Assembly (NCBI GenBank): GCA_963693365.1
Contig: CAVNZM010000012.1
Location: forward strand, 806,001-870,000
Direction of reading: 5' to 3'
Length of the DNA: 64,000 nt
From: Amoebidium appalachense
Taxonomy: Eukaryota > Protista > Ichthyosporea
The notes beneath the pieces were generated by a model, which was not told the origin of the DNA, ran no database searches, and was given only the letters and a program-made list of their open reading frames with translations. Made by a program: the position numbers and the translations under genes. Below, one piece after another: positions 27,791 to 42,270 of this stretch (its first letter is position 1; every line of letters starts with the position of its first letter).

Positions 27791-28653
27791 GGGGTGATGT
27801 GTGCATGTGTGAGTGTCAACCATGGAAACAATGCATGGGAAAACCACGAAGATAGAGATCAAATAGACGAAAACAAACCCACTGTCCAGGAAGAAGATAC
27901 TTGAATAGAGCCCATGCTCAGGGGGTTACGTTACAGAGCACGAAGCACACATGTACGAGGGAAACCACAATGCAGATTTTGAAGAGCATTCGCAAAGAGT
28001 GTGCTTTGGGGGGGGGGGAAAGGGGGGGGATAGTATCATACCTCGCCAGCATAGATGATGACAGGAATAAACAGCAGACAGGCATTTGCATTGTTGTAAA
28101 GAGTGATCTTCCACGAATTGTTATCCACAAGAGGCAACTTCTTCTTCATGTAGATCGAGTTCAGAGCGACGAAAAACGAAGATGCAACACCAAACACCAC
28201 ACCCCACATACTCCAACGTAATTCCTGTTGGTTTCCAAGGAAAAACCCGAAAAGAACAATCGCGCACGTGAAAAGGGCACGCGGGCTCGTGGTTTCCCCG
28301 AGGTAGTAATACGTGAGAAAAACGTTGAACACCATCGTGAGAGAGCGCGCGATTTGGTAGAAGGAGACTTCGACGTATTTCAGGCACAGGTTATTCGTGA
28401 GAATCATCAGCAGGAATACGACGGAGAGAGGCATAACCTCTCTGAGAATATCTTTACGCAGTTCGAATCGGGGCACACCGGCAATGCCGAATTGGCCCAT
28501 AAACCAGCACATGAACACCGTGCACACACACTGCGGGGAGGGAGGGTGGGGGTTTTAGAATGTGTTACAGAGTACGAAGTACAGACTCCTAACTGACAAC
28601 ACACTGAGGGGAAGGGAGAGGACACGGTGTGCGTGTGTGTGTGTGTGTGTGGG

Positions 28654-28686
<33 letters not shown>

Positions 28687-29709
28687 GGGGAGGGGGAGGG
28701 GAGGAAGGGGGGGGGGGGGGGGGGGAAGGGGGGGGCGGGGAGACATCGGTACGGAATACCGGCAACGAAGAGTCACAGCAAAAAGAATGTTACAGAGTCT
28801 TGAGGGAGAGGAAACAAAGTCAAGCAGGTGGGAGGGGAAGGGGAGGTGGGAGAAAGGGGGGTGGGGGGGGGGGGGGGATGCAAGCGGAGGGGAGAGTAAT
28901 GAACGGGAATTGCAAACTGGGGGGATCTACGGTGGAGGAGTGGATGAATCGGAGATAAGGAGCATAAAGAGATGTGTGTGTGTGTGTGTGGCTGCATGGC
29001 TGGGTGTGGTTAACCCGGGGGGGGAGGGGGGGGGGGGGAGGGGGGGGGGGGGGGGGGGGGGGGAGGGGGAGGGGAGGGGGGCGGGGGGAGGAGGGGAACG
29101 GAAAATAGAGGAAGACACAGAAGCAAGTGTTTTATGAAAAAAAAAGCCAAAGAGGATGTATGAAGTGGGGAGGGGTGGGGGAGGGGGGAGGGGACTCAGG
29201 TGGAGAAACAAAGGAAGGCCAGGGTGGGCAACAAGTGATAACAGGGGCAGATTTAAGAAAGTGCATGCTGTGTCTGGGTGTGCTTTGGTGGCTGTATGTG
29301 TGGCAGGTCAGGGTATATGTGTGTGCGTGCCTGCATGTGTGGGTGCATGTATGCCTGTGCTTGTCTGTGTGCGTGCTTTGCATGCCTGCGCGCTCCCGCA
29401 TGCGCATGTGTGTGTGTGTGTGTGTGTGTGTGTTTGGGGGGGAGGGGGGGCAGAGGTGTGTGTGTGTTTGTGGCTGTGCAGGTGTGTGTGTGTGTGTCAG
29501 GCGGCCGAGTTGGAGGAAGGCGGTGGGGGCAGGGGTATGCGCGTGTGTGCCTGCGTGGGTGCTGCAAGCTCAAGTGCTTGAGTTTGGATCAGCGTGTCTG
29601 TATGCCTGGGAGTCTGTGTCCATGCATACACGCTGTTTCCGTGTGTGCGTGGGCGAGTGTTTGTGTGTACAGTCTGTGTGTGTTGTGCATGTGTCGAAGA
29701 ATAAGGTGT

Positions 29710-29764
<55 letters not shown>

Positions 29765-30213
29765 TGCGTGTGTATGTGTGTGTGTCTGCTTGAGTGCTTG
29801 CGTACGGACCCTAGTGTATTCTAGGCATATGGGTGAGTGTATGCGCCGTTCAGTGCAACCATGGCGTGCCTGCAGGCTTCAAGTATAGATGCATCTGCAA
29901 GCGTTAACGTGTTTGATAACCACACCATTCTGCAGGCTTCAAGTATAGATGCATCTGCAAGCGTTAACGTGTTTGATAACCACACCATAGAGACGTAAAT
30001 ACGCTCTCTATACTCTGCCCACACACCAACCACACTTCCAGGTTTGGGATATCATACCTGATACCAGGTGACAAACAGAGGAGCATCAATGCTCTCCTCT
30101 CCAGACATGAGAATCTTGTTGACAAATACCATGGAGATGGATATGACCCAATAGTTGGCTATGGCCACAAAAATGGTCCATTGGCCCTTGCGTTGGTGAT
30201 CATTCATCCCCAT
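26673..30213 (-). CDS. SLC35C1: Golgi GDP-fucose transporter (SLC35C1-like, nucleotide-sugar transporter/TPT family)
   Basis: Exons 30213-30058, 28530-28042 and 27005-26673. Diagnostic segments YWVISISMVFVNK, APLFVTWYQC, NNLCLKYVEVSFYQIARSLT, ALNSIYMKK and TSPLTHNISGTAKAAAQT. Confidence 0.93.
28553..28585 (-). mobile_element. Degenerate terminal remnant of the poly(C)-flanked element next to a 3' splice site
   Basis: TTTTAGAATGTGTTACAGAGTACGAAGTAC versus consensus TTTGAATGCGGAACACAGTACGAAGTAC; ~20 nt from the acceptor at 28531. Confidence 0.45.
29870..29988. repeat. Perfect 60-bp tandem duplication in intron 1 of the GDP-fucose transporter
   Basis: CTGCAGGCTTCAAGTATAGATGCATCTGCAAGCGTTAACGTGTTTGATAACCACACCAT occurs twice in tandem. 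Confidence 0.9.
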
Positions 30214-30566
30214 TTTTAGATGTTTACGTATTGATTCAAGCACGAATTGGAGGGCGGGTGGGGTGGTGACAGGTTATGAAGAGACACAATAGAATAGAAT
30301 GGAATGCCAGATAGGACTGCAAAAATTTATACGTCTTCCTTCCTCTCTGTTATTTCTGAAGGATTGAACTTAGCCCCCACTTCTTTTTCCCCCTCTGGAG
30401 ACTGAAGTGAACGTGTTCACGTTTGTGTCGTTTTTCCTCTGGCATGCACGTGCCAGAAACTATTTGGGCGCCATCAATCCCCCGAAACATAAATAATGAT
30501 TGGGGTTCGTGACCGTTCGTCGTAGTATTTTTTTTCTTTTCTTTATTTTTCTGACTGTAGTATTTT

Positions 30567-32047
30567 CTCTTGACTTGGATTTATTGATCAGTGGTCCAGT
30601 GGATATGAAGGCAACGTGCAGCCACAGGCTACATGACCACCAAAATTACCGACTTCGAAAGAGCCACAGCGATGAAATAAAAAATAAAACAACAAGTGAC
30701 CAAAGGACACCAGCGGGCAAAGGTACAAGTGCACGTGTATGCGTGAAACTAGTTTGCTCCAACTAGTCATATGCAGCGATGATGACCAGGCCACACTCCG
30801 CAAGAAGACATCAATACTGCTGCCCCCCAACAGGCCCCCCTCAAAACCTACCGGGGCACAGCAAGCAAGTCAGCCCCTTAAAGAGCAATGCAGACCAAAT
30901 CCGAGCGAGAAAACAATCCCCACGGGCCCGTCCCCTAGAAAACCCGCAGAAGCTGTCTCTAACTCTTTGATCAGGTGGCCTAGTCGTGGCAGGACACACA
31001 GGAAAACACAACTACAGAATGCATGCAAGCAAACCCAGTCATTGCCATACTGCTGAAGGCTGAAAAAACGGCAGCCACAAGGAAAGCTCCTCGACGACCC
31101 AGTAGCTACCCCTCCACTCATGCAGAGCAGAAGCAGTTGAAGAAGTTGCAGCAGCCCACCGCCAATAGCTCGCGTAGAAGCGTAGATAGCGTGTAGAAGT
31201 CACCGTAAGTTGCAGTGGGCCACCAGATGTCGAAGAAACCACTTCTCAAGCGAGAAACTCCGCGGAAGGGAGATGTCCCCACACTCTCACAGCAGTAGGA
31301 ATAGACAAGGCCGCACTACACACACACAGTGTCACGTTCCCCTGAGTGAGACCCCTTCCCACCACAAAAAGAAAACGAAAGCCTTTATACACCTGCCATG
31401 GTGAAGAATCGGGAAAAAAAGTTGACGTGACAGCTAAGAGATCGAAGTAAAAGTGAATTCGTAGTATATTGTAAGGGAATCTTAGGGATTATCTGGTCCA
31501 GTACCGCTTCTTTCCCCCATTTTCCATTACAACGCCAAGAGCAACGTGGATTTATTATTGTATGATTTCTAATTGCAAGAATGGCTAGATGTTACAAGAT
31601 GTGTGAAAAGAGCCCAGCTGTTTCGTGCAGATTCTGTGTAATTTCATGATACGCCCCACCAGAAAAAGTTTTGGGAATTCGCGCCGTTTCTGTTTGACCC
31701 AATCAAAACCCGAGATATGGCAATAAAATTTTCAATTTCTACCGAGTCAGTGCTAGTCAGTGCTAGATATGCTAGATATTCCTGTTTTTTACATGAACAC
31801 ATATATAGGCCTCCCAACATACACATCGAACATTTGCTACATGTTTTGTGTAAAGTAAAGGCTCGGCTCTTTGAGCAGCAGCTGAAACATCGACAAAAAG
31901 CGCTGAACCCGCAGTTGAGCACACCAATTAATTCACACAAGTTCGGTTATATCTCATGAACTTAACTAAGGAACTTTTTTTTTTTCCTCTTGACTGGGAT
32001 TTATTGATCAGTGGTCCAGTGGATATGAAGGCAACGTGCAGCCACAG
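30567..32047. repeat. 61-bp direct repeats (30567-30627 and 31987-32047) bracketing ~1.36 kb of unexplained sequence
   Basis: CTCTTGACT(T/G)GGATTTATTGATCAGTGGTCCAGTGGATATGAAGGCAACGTGCAGCCACAG, one mismatch between copies. Confidence 0.85.
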
Positions 32048-32223
32048 CAACTTGACGTGGATATTCATCAATGACTATCCTGTCCCCCCCCTCCCTCCAC
32101 TCCGCCTGGCAAGTTCCCCCAGTCACACAATATCAGGGCGAACACGTGCACGCACACAGGTACACAGGCACACCCAAAGAGCCTGTGACCCACCCATCCA
32201 CACACACACACAGACACCATGTG

Positions 32224-32271
<48 letters not shown>

Positions 32272-32276
32272 ACACA

Positions 32277-32362
<86 letters not shown>

Positions 32363-32757
32363 TGAGAGAGTGAGAGCCACAAAAAGACCCAAACCGGCGC
32401 GTGAGCAAATCCAAACGCGAAATTCAATTCTCTGCCATCCCGTACAACAGCGATATTACATGTGCACCCACCGATATAAAATTCCTGGCAGACAAGACAC
32501 ACCCAACGGAACAATGATGCTAACGGCATACACACACAGTTAGGCTTGGCCAGAATTATGCACGAACAGAGTCGGTGGCCAAATAGTGTGGTTTCTTTTA
32601 TTTTCTTTTCCTAGCATTCATGTTTATTTTTACTTTTTTTGCCCTATATGGGCTCATATTACAAGTACTAGCGTGGCGCTTTCCCACCAACAATTCTAGG
32701 GAGCCAGCATACACGTTACCATACAGAAACCAAAATGAATACACTTTGATGCAATTA

Positions 32758-32955
32758 TCAGAGCTCGTCACGTTTGTGCTCGGCTTCAGTTTGGATAGTT
32801 GCCGGGATATCCAACAATTTCAGGGCCTCCTCTGATGGTTTTTCGCAGGCGGCGGGTGTGCGGAGATCCATCGTGTAGACACATTTTTGTGGTTCGTTGA
32901 CGTTGCCAATGGAACTTTCGAGACCACAGAGGACGCGCACCTGTGGTGTGGATAA

Positions 32956-33028
<73 letters not shown>

Positions 33029-33532
33029 GTGTGTGTGTGTGTAGTGCGTGTGTTGTGCGTGTGTATGTGTATGTGTTGTGTGTGTGTGTTGTGTGTGTAT
33101 GTGTTGTGTGTGTGTGTATGTGTTGTTGCTGACGGAAACACGGCGGTGGCGCGGCACCCGGTGGGGAGGGGGAGGGGGTTAGATCCCGGGCCCACATGCC
33201 GATTTCCCGCTCAACCACAACTTGGTTTCTCATTCAATCAGAGCTCTGCAATTCATTACTGTCGACCTTGGAGCCGATCATGTGGGCTCATATTTGCCAT
33301 TGCTATGCATATCCAGCTACATGATATTAATATCAATGCAAAACTCTGATGGTCCGCTGATCTCTCTCGTTCTCCCCCCCTCTTCCTCTCCTCCCGTCCC
33401 CCCTCTCCTTCCCTCCCTCCAACCTCCCCTCCTCCCATCCCCCCTGCTCTCTCCCTCTCCCTCTCCCTCTCTCTCTCCCGACCCCATTCCCCCTCTCTTT
33501 CTGTGCGTGGGTGTGTGCGCTGTCGCTTGTGC

Positions 33533-33601
<69 letters not shown>

Positions 33602-34605
33602 CGTGTTCATGTGATCATGTATCTTGTATATAAGCCTGCTTATGTCTGTAAATGTGTGTGCGCGCGCACGCGCGTGGGTGTGCCTTCGTGTGCTTTTTTG
33701 GTCCACCCTCCGACCGGAGGGTGGGTGGGAGGGGGGGGGGGGAGGGGGGGGAGGGGGTTTGAATGCGGAACACGGTACGGGGGGGGGGGGGGGGGGGGGG
33801 GGGAAGGGGAGGGGTGCACGTACCGTGGTGGATCTTTCTGGGCCCTGCCAGCAACTGAGGCCGCCTTCGAACCTGATCTCGCTGTACTTGCTGCCCTCTG
33901 GACCGTTGAACTTCATCGTGCGCCTAGATAGCAACCATGTGAGACATACAGTGGATATGTGGTTGTAGTTTGGACCGTGTGAGATATACGGTGGATATGT
34001 GGGTGTAGTTTGGACCGTGTGAGATATACGGTGGATATGTGGGTGTACTTTAAACCGTGTGAGATAACAGTATATGGGTGGGTAGAATATTTGGATATCC
34101 ACAATACCCACAAAGGTGCACACACACGTGTGGACACCTTTGCAGAGAGTACGATGATGGAAGGTTGAAGGGCTCGCACACATTGCCGGCACCATACGAC
34201 GGGTATGCACGTGTACAACTCAGGCGGGGCTGGGGGAGGAAGGGACGGCGGGTAGGTGGGGGGGGGGGGGGGGGGGGGGGGGGGGTTTGAATGCGGAACA
34301 CGGTACGAAGTACGCATACATGATGAGAAGCATGGTGCAGGACACATGCAAAGGCAAACATTCAAGTATGCAACATCATCCATGAGCACAGTATGCGTCA
34401 TAAGCAGAGCCCATCCTCAGGGAGGGCCCAAGTCATCAATTGCGTCTGAGTTTCGACCCCTTAGCTCGCGTATATACGACTCTCCAACTCAGACAGCAGC
34501 ATCAACGGGGGGGGGGGGGGGGAAGGGGGTTGCCGAGAGCGCCATGGTGTATTGGTTTATATTGGTGTCTTCGTTCTTTCTTTTCTTTTTCTTCTCAGTT
34601 TATTG

Positions 34606-34652
<47 letters not shown>

Positions 34653-34950
34653 GGGGTGGGTGCGTGTGTTTGGGGAGGGGGGGAGGAGGGGGGGGGAGGG
34701 TTTTCGTTTGTTTCTGGGTGTACTGTTATAAAATTTGTTGGTGTCTTTGTTCTTTCCTTTTCATTCTCTCACTCTCTTTCTCCCCCCCCCCCCCCCCCCC
34801 CCCCCTTCCCCCCCTCGATTCCTTCCTCTGTCTCTCTCATTTGGGTTGACAGGGAGGGGAGGGGGTGGGGGGGGGGAAGGTTTACCCGAGGCTGATGCTG
34901 CCAGGATTCTGGTCGACACGCTCATACGGGCACAGAGTGTACTGGAAACT

Positions 34951-34983
<33 letters not shown>

Positions 34984-35693
34984 GAATGCGGTACAGAATG
35001 TGAAGAACAATGTCACGACGGAGAACACAAGGCGGATTATCACAAGAAAGCGTCCACGCAGGATTCGAGTATGCATCATAAGCAGCACCCATACTCCCGC
35101 AGGCCGGGGCGAAGCCGGGTGTGTGTGAGTATGTGTGTGTGGGTGGAAGGGGGGGGGGGGGGGGGGGGGGGGGGAGGGGGGCGGGGGAGGGAGGGCAAGT
35201 CATCCACAACACTCGAGTTGCAACCCATTCACCTCGCATGTGAAAGCCAACTCAGACACTGTTTCAGTCCTACATGGGTGGGTCACCCGTTTTGATCAGA
35301 GACGAGCAGAGCAGCTACGCGAGGCACACACCACACTAATGAACAGTAGTGACGGTGGTTTTTTGTTTCTTTCATTTTTTTTTTTTGGGGGGGGGGGGGG
35401 GGAGGGGGTGGGGAGGGGGGCGATGTTATGGGGGAGGGTATGCTAGGGTGGAAGGGGTGGATGTGCTCGATATGGTTATATCTCGAGTTGTTTAATTGGG
35501 CTACGTACTTTCCACTGTTTGCATCAAGGCACTTGCCCCTCATGGGCAGGAATACGTCATCGGCGCCATAATCGGCACCCTCCTTATCTCCAATGTCACG
35601 TGCCTCCCTCTCCCAGTCACCAATCGATCGCTCCTGTTCACGAAGCTCACGCTCGGCCTCTGTGTGTGTGACGGTATTGTCAGATGTGTAGAG

Positions 35694-35734
<41 letters not shown>

Positions 35735-35738
35735 TTGT

Positions 35739-35833
<95 letters not shown>

Positions 35834-35875
35834 AGGGGGGGGAGGGAAGAGACAGAGAGAGAGAAGAGGTGTGTG

Positions 35876-35939
<64 letters not shown>

Positions 35940-37047
35940 GGGAGAGAGAGGGGAAGTGGGGGGGGGGGGGGGGGGGAGCGAGCGAGAGTGTGTAGCGAGA
36001 GAGAGTGTGCATGTGTGTGGGTGTCAAAGAGGTAGAGAGTGCATGTGCCGATCGATCATCGATCATCATCGAGAAACAGACGTGTGTGTGTATGAGCATG
36101 TATGTATATGTATATGCAACATACCACAAAGCAGTGTGTGGCATCCACATGTTATATGACCGGGCAAAGCATGAAGCCATCCAGCCTCAACTATTCGAAG
36201 GCACCCACCCACACCACTGACTACATTCCCCTGGCAAACCCACAACCCAGCTTGCATAATTCAGCCCTTATCACTGGGCTTTTATAACGCATGACTTGTG
36301 TCTACCATGCATCCATCGGCCGCAGATTGCCTCTAAGCACCAACAGTCACGTGCACACGAGCTATCCCCCCCCTTCCCATCCCTCCACCCCACCCACCCA
36401 CCCCTTTCGTGCGCCCGCACACACACACACACACACACAAACACACAAACACACACAAACACACACACACACACACACGGGCACCAACCTTCCAGGTCCT
36501 TCTCTGCCTGGCTCTTCTCCACGGCAGAGGGTGCCGGTGCCGATGATGACGTCATTTCGTCCTCAAATACGTCATCAAAGTCTTCATCGTCATCAACGGG
36601 GTCTGGGGGGGATTTTTGTCAGACGGAGGGAGGAGGGGGGGAAGGGGGGGGGGGGGGGGGAGGGGGGGGGGGGGAGGGGGAGGGTAAGAATGCGGAACAC
36701 GGTACTAAGTGCAACTACAAAACAACAGGCACGGCGCCGGACACATGCAAAGGCAAGCAATCAAGTATACAACATCAGCAACACGGCAAATATGCAACAT
36801 AAGCAGAACCTATCCTCCGGGGGAGAGGGGAGGGTGGGGGTGGGGGGGAGGCTATGCGGCAGGGCACGAGTGTTTAGGTAGCAATGGAGGCACAGATAAA
36901 TAAACGAGGCACTTATTATTAGAGTGCAACCATGGTAAACATATGTTGTGGGTGTATGTGTTGGTACATATGATCAACCGTTAGTATGTATCTGCAAGGG
37001 CAGTGACTGTGAATGCACGTATCTGAGGGCGCATGTGGTGTCGGCGT

Positions 37048-37082
<35 letters not shown>

Positions 37083-37429
37083 GAGTGCGCACGCACACAC
37101 GATTGAGCCCTGTCCTTCGTCTTCCTTCTCTCTTTCATCTCCTTTCTCTTTCTTTCTTCGTTTTCTTCCCCCCCCCCCTCTTCCCCCGCCCGCCCGCCCC
37201 TCTCCCCTCTCTTTCCGTCTCCCTTTTGCATGTGTGTGTGTATGCATGGGTGTGCATTGGGGGGAGGAGGAGGCGGGACATACCAACGCCTTCATCACCT
37301 TCGGCCAAGGGAGGCACCTCTTGGGTGGCTGCAGAGTACAGACCGTCAGCACAAAAAAAAATTAAAGTAAAAATAAAATAAAAGGATAAAAGGGGGTATT
37401 TTTGGAAGGTGGTGGTGGCAGTTGGGGGG

Positions 37430-37464
<35 letters not shown>

Positions 37465-37722
37465 AGGGGGGGTAGCAGACAGAAACCAGCACAGCAGCAG
37501 GCAAGTGTTTGTGCACATCAGGGCCCAAACCATACCAATCATACCACCAGTCCGCCGTACTTCCCAAAAGAGAATTTGTTTTCTCGTCATGAAAACACGT
37601 AGAGACCAGTGTATGGCCAATTCGACAATGAACGGCAATAGCTTGCAGGTCCTTTGCCAAAATGCAAACCCTTTTTCCCATCCCCCCTCCCCCCTCCCCC
37701 CGTCCCCCCGTCCCCAAAACAC

Positions 37723-37766
<44 letters not shown>

Positions 37767-37986
37767 CCCTCACCCCGTCCTTTTCTCCCCTTACCCCCCT
37801 CGTGCCCTTGCCAGTGTACTTTATTCTAAAATTTTAATTTTAACATTAAATTTACCTTGGGGTAGCTCGTCCTCCACCTCGACCTCAGCCTCTGTGGTGA
37901 CTTCTGGTGGTGGCGGTGTAAACCCTGCATGTGCCCCCGTCTGAGTGGCCACAATAATGCCTGCCCCCTCCCCCCCTCCCCCCCCC

Positions 37987-38020
<34 letters not shown>

Positions 38021-38180
38021 ACACACACACCCATTCTCTCTCTCTCCTTCCCGCTCCCTCCCCCCCTCCCCCCCCTTTTTCTCTCCCTCTCTTACCCTCT
38101 GGGGCCTCAGTGAATGCTGGGTCGCCGGCAGCCGTAGCATCGTGGGACTCCGTGGAGGTGGGTGTGGTCTCGGCCGTGCC

Positions 38181-38262
<82 letters not shown>

Positions 38263-38995
38263 ATGTACTTGTGCCCCATGGATTTGTCGATATGTGAGTG
38301 AGTGAGCGAATCAGTCCCCCCCCCCCCCCCCCCCCTTGTGTTTTTGTGTGTGTTGAAGAGGTTTGCGTGTCCATGCACGGGTCCTGTTTCTGCTTGGTCC
38401 GGTAGAGTAGCCATTTTCTTCTTCTTGTCGAGGGACTTTGGACAAAGGAAAGGGCAAGTAGATGATACATGCCAAGGGGAAGTATCCTTCCTCCCCCCTC
38501 CCTCCCCTCCACCCCCCACCTCCGGATGAAAGAGCCCCAATATTCTCACCGCTGTCGGACCTTACATCATTCCCTCCCCCCTCCCCCCCCCCCCCCCCCC
38601 CCCCCCTCCCGGCTCTCCCCCTCCCCGCCCAAAACATAGCACCCAACGGCACACCTTCCCCCACCTCCCACCGAACAATCCCAAACATAGGAACCTTGAT
38701 TCTACTGCGCGCGCATACGCGGATATGTATGTGCGCGTGCATGAGTGGGTTGGGGTGTGTGTATATACACAAATGCACGTGTGTATGTGTGTGCTGGGGG
38801 GGGGGGCTCTCTCTCTCTGAGTGTGCGTTTGTGTGTAATACATGTGTGCCCAATAGCGCCTATGTGTGTGCATTTGTGTGGATGTGCGTGCATATGTCTG
38901 TGAATGCATGTGCCTGCATGCGTGCACATGTGGTTTTGTGTTTTGTGTGTGTGTGTGTGTGTGCGTGTGTGTGCGTGTGTGTGTGTGTGTGTGTG

Positions 38996-39076
<81 letters not shown>

Positions 39077-39933
39077 CACATGACCGTGTTTGATGCCCGC
39101 GTGTGTGTGCATGTGCATGTGTGTCCTCCGTGTTTGTCCATTGCATACCTGTCTCGTTCTGTGAGGCCATAAACTCTTTGAGCTGTGACTCCAGTAACTC
39201 TCTCTGTTTCTCTCTCTCCGCCTCCACTTCAGCTTTCAGTTTCTCCACCTTGGCTGCAACCACACAACACACATGGTTAGGCACAGGCAGAACACAGCAA
39301 TATTGCACAATACCAATTAGTGACTTTCCACTCACTGGCAACAGCCATCAAGGGCCATGATTCTATGCTGCAACCCCCACCCACCCACCCCCTCTCCCTC
39401 TCCCCCTCCTCCCGCACCTCCCCTGTCCCTCTCGCTCTCCCCTCTCCCCCATACAAATATATACAAGCCCGTACACCCACACACATGCACAGCACATATA
39501 CACATGCACCGAGGCACACACACACACATTACTAAAGGGACCATGACTGCTACCCCACAATCAGCCCATGTTTCAACCATCATTCAGGCCTGACCTGATC
39601 CATGTGATTACTGGCATTCGGCATGTTTCCTTCGAATGGAATTTTTCCATTGAACTCTTGAAGTTCCTGTTCCTCGAGAAAAGCGCTAAGACAAAGAGTT
39701 GGAAGGAGAGGGGGGGGGGGGGGGGGGGGGGAGGAGGAGGAGAGAGAGAGAGAGAGAGAAGGGGGGGTTAGGGGAGGGGGGGAGGAGGAGGGAGGGGTGT
39801 GTGCACGTACCCTTCAGCTCGTCCCTCTTTGGCTCAGCCTCCTTTATCAGTGCGGCAACCTCCACCTTACGATTGGCCCATTCCTCACGGGTCTTTTTAG
39901 CCTCAGATATCCACTCCAGACGGATGTGGTAGC

Positions 39934-39977
<44 letters not shown>

Positions 39978-40617
39978 CGTGTGTGTGTGTGTGTGTGTGT
40001 GCGTGTGCGTGTGCGTGTACGTGTGCGTGTGCGTGTGCGTGTGCGTGTGTGTGTGTGCGCCCGCGCGCGTGTGTGTGTTCGATGGGAAAGGCGGAAGAGG
40101 GAGAGGGGGGGGGGGGGGGGGGGGGGGAGAGGAGGGGGGGGGAGGGGGGAGTGGAGGAGGGTTGGTTAAATGCGGCACCTTGTATGAGATACACATAAAA
40201 CAACTGAGGCAGTGTGGATATGCGAAAGGGAACACACAAAGAAAGCATGCAGCGTACGAAGGTCCCATTCCAGGAATGGAGGCCAAGTCATCTACAGTAC
40301 CTCCGACCTATCGACCTCTACATGTGTGTGTCTGTGTGCCTGCGATCCAGCGGGTGTGTGCATGTGTGCTTGCATGCGCACGCGTGTGTGGATGTGTACA
40401 TGTGTGTGGGTGCCTGTGTCCAAGTGTGTGTGTGTGTGTGTGTAGGCGTGCACACGCAATACGTGTGCCTATAATTCTTGCACGGTACATGCTAGTCTGA
40501 CTTGCAAGTGCACAGTTTCTAGTGCACCCCCATCACTGGTCCATTCACACGCGTGCACGAAAATCTATGTTTACCTGCATGTGGCGTTTTATACTGTGGG
40601 TATACCCAAACACACAG

Positions 40618-40673
<56 letters not shown>

Positions 40674-42234
40674 ACACCCACACCCACACCCACACACCCA
40701 CACGCGCGCGCACGCATGCACACACACACAGATGCACGTGCACCCACCTTCAGCTCCATCTCCGTGCGAGCCCGAGCCTTCTCCTTCTCGATTCTTCCAA
40801 GAGCCTCACACGTGTCATTGCATGCCCCCGTACCATGCTCATCGCTACCGTCACAGCAATCTGCACAATCCCATTGGTGCATCGTATCAGTGGGAATTAT
40901 GTAACAAGGAAAGCTTGTTATACGTCACTTGGAAGGTTATACATGAAGAATGATGACATTTTACCTTTCTTGAACGGCTTTCACGTGAAATCAGAATACA
41001 TTGCGGTTATTATGGAAAGACTAACATTTGTTATTGGATGGTTTTTACATGAGGTCTGGTGATGTCATATATTACTACAACGGATTCGACGTTAATTTTG
41101 GAGATATTCTGTGTGAGATATAAACCGTAGGGTTATCATGTCAGGCTGTTTGCACATCATAAACATCGTGATGAGTGAGAACCCAATACATACTCATCCA
41201 GCCAACCACGGAGCTTTAAATATCCACCTACCTTGGTTTGCAGGCCTATCCCCCCCCCCCCCCCCCCCTCCCCCCTCCACACACACGGGGCAATAAAATG
41301 CATCATCCTTTTCCCACACCAACTAGCATGAAGAATTGCTACCCGAAATCCCCCCCCCCCCCCCCCCCCCCCTCCCTCCCCCTCTTTCCGCACATACACA
41401 CCATCCCCACCTCGCCCTTGAGTGAAAATCGGTAGCTCATTCCCATCCTTACCGTCTTTCCGCGCCACCGAAAGCTTTTTCCCCACCACCCCATCCTACC
41501 CTCTACATCTTTGACACACTCTTTTCTAAACCCTTGTTATATATATCTTTATCCCCCTTTCCAAGTTTCCCCCGCCCTTCTGTGAACCCCTTCAGCACGA
41601 CTTCTCTGTCCAGAACATAGCGCCATCTTCTTATAACCACAACTATCTCTGTCGCTTTTCCCATAATCTGCACCCCCTTCTCTATGGAGAACACGCAGCC
41701 ACAGACCTGCCCGGTCCTTCCTCCCTAAACTGTCTAAGATTTCACCACTATTCATCCATGTTCAGTGTTTCAACACCACCACCACCATTAGCACCCAAAG
41801 CCTCTTACCACATATCCAGTCGTTTACAAATGATGAGGGAATGCGTTTTGGCAGAAACTCTTTGTTTTGGCAGTAGAACATCACGCTGCCCCCACAGGCA
41901 TTGGTTCCTGTGTGAAAGGCCCAACACACGGTAAGATATCGAATATCATTATGACACCAAGGTGTTTGTGCATGTGCATGCACTAGTCTTTCACCCCTAT
42001 TGCTTCGTCACTGAGTCCGTAAAGTGTCCCCAAAAGACCAAATTGCCCCTCCCCCCCCCCTTTGCCCCGCCACGCCCTGCCCCCTTCCCCCTCCCCTCCC
42101 ACACCCCCCCACCTCCCCCACTCAGGCTGCCCACTCCACTGGACCAACAGACACACACACATTCACTTCTCACCTAGATCACATCTGAATCCCTTTAATC
42201 GGCTGTGACAGCATACGTGTCTGTGACCAGTGCA

Positions 42235-42270
<36 letters not shown>

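Noticed and set aside
30583-30627. tRNA-derived SINE head inside the 61-bp repeat
   Set aside because: Only an A-box-like motif is present; no B box or cloverleaf.
40945-41200. C/D box snoRNA (RTGATGA motifs)
   Set aside because: The motifs are antisense to the host gene and have no matching CTGA box D or terminal stem.
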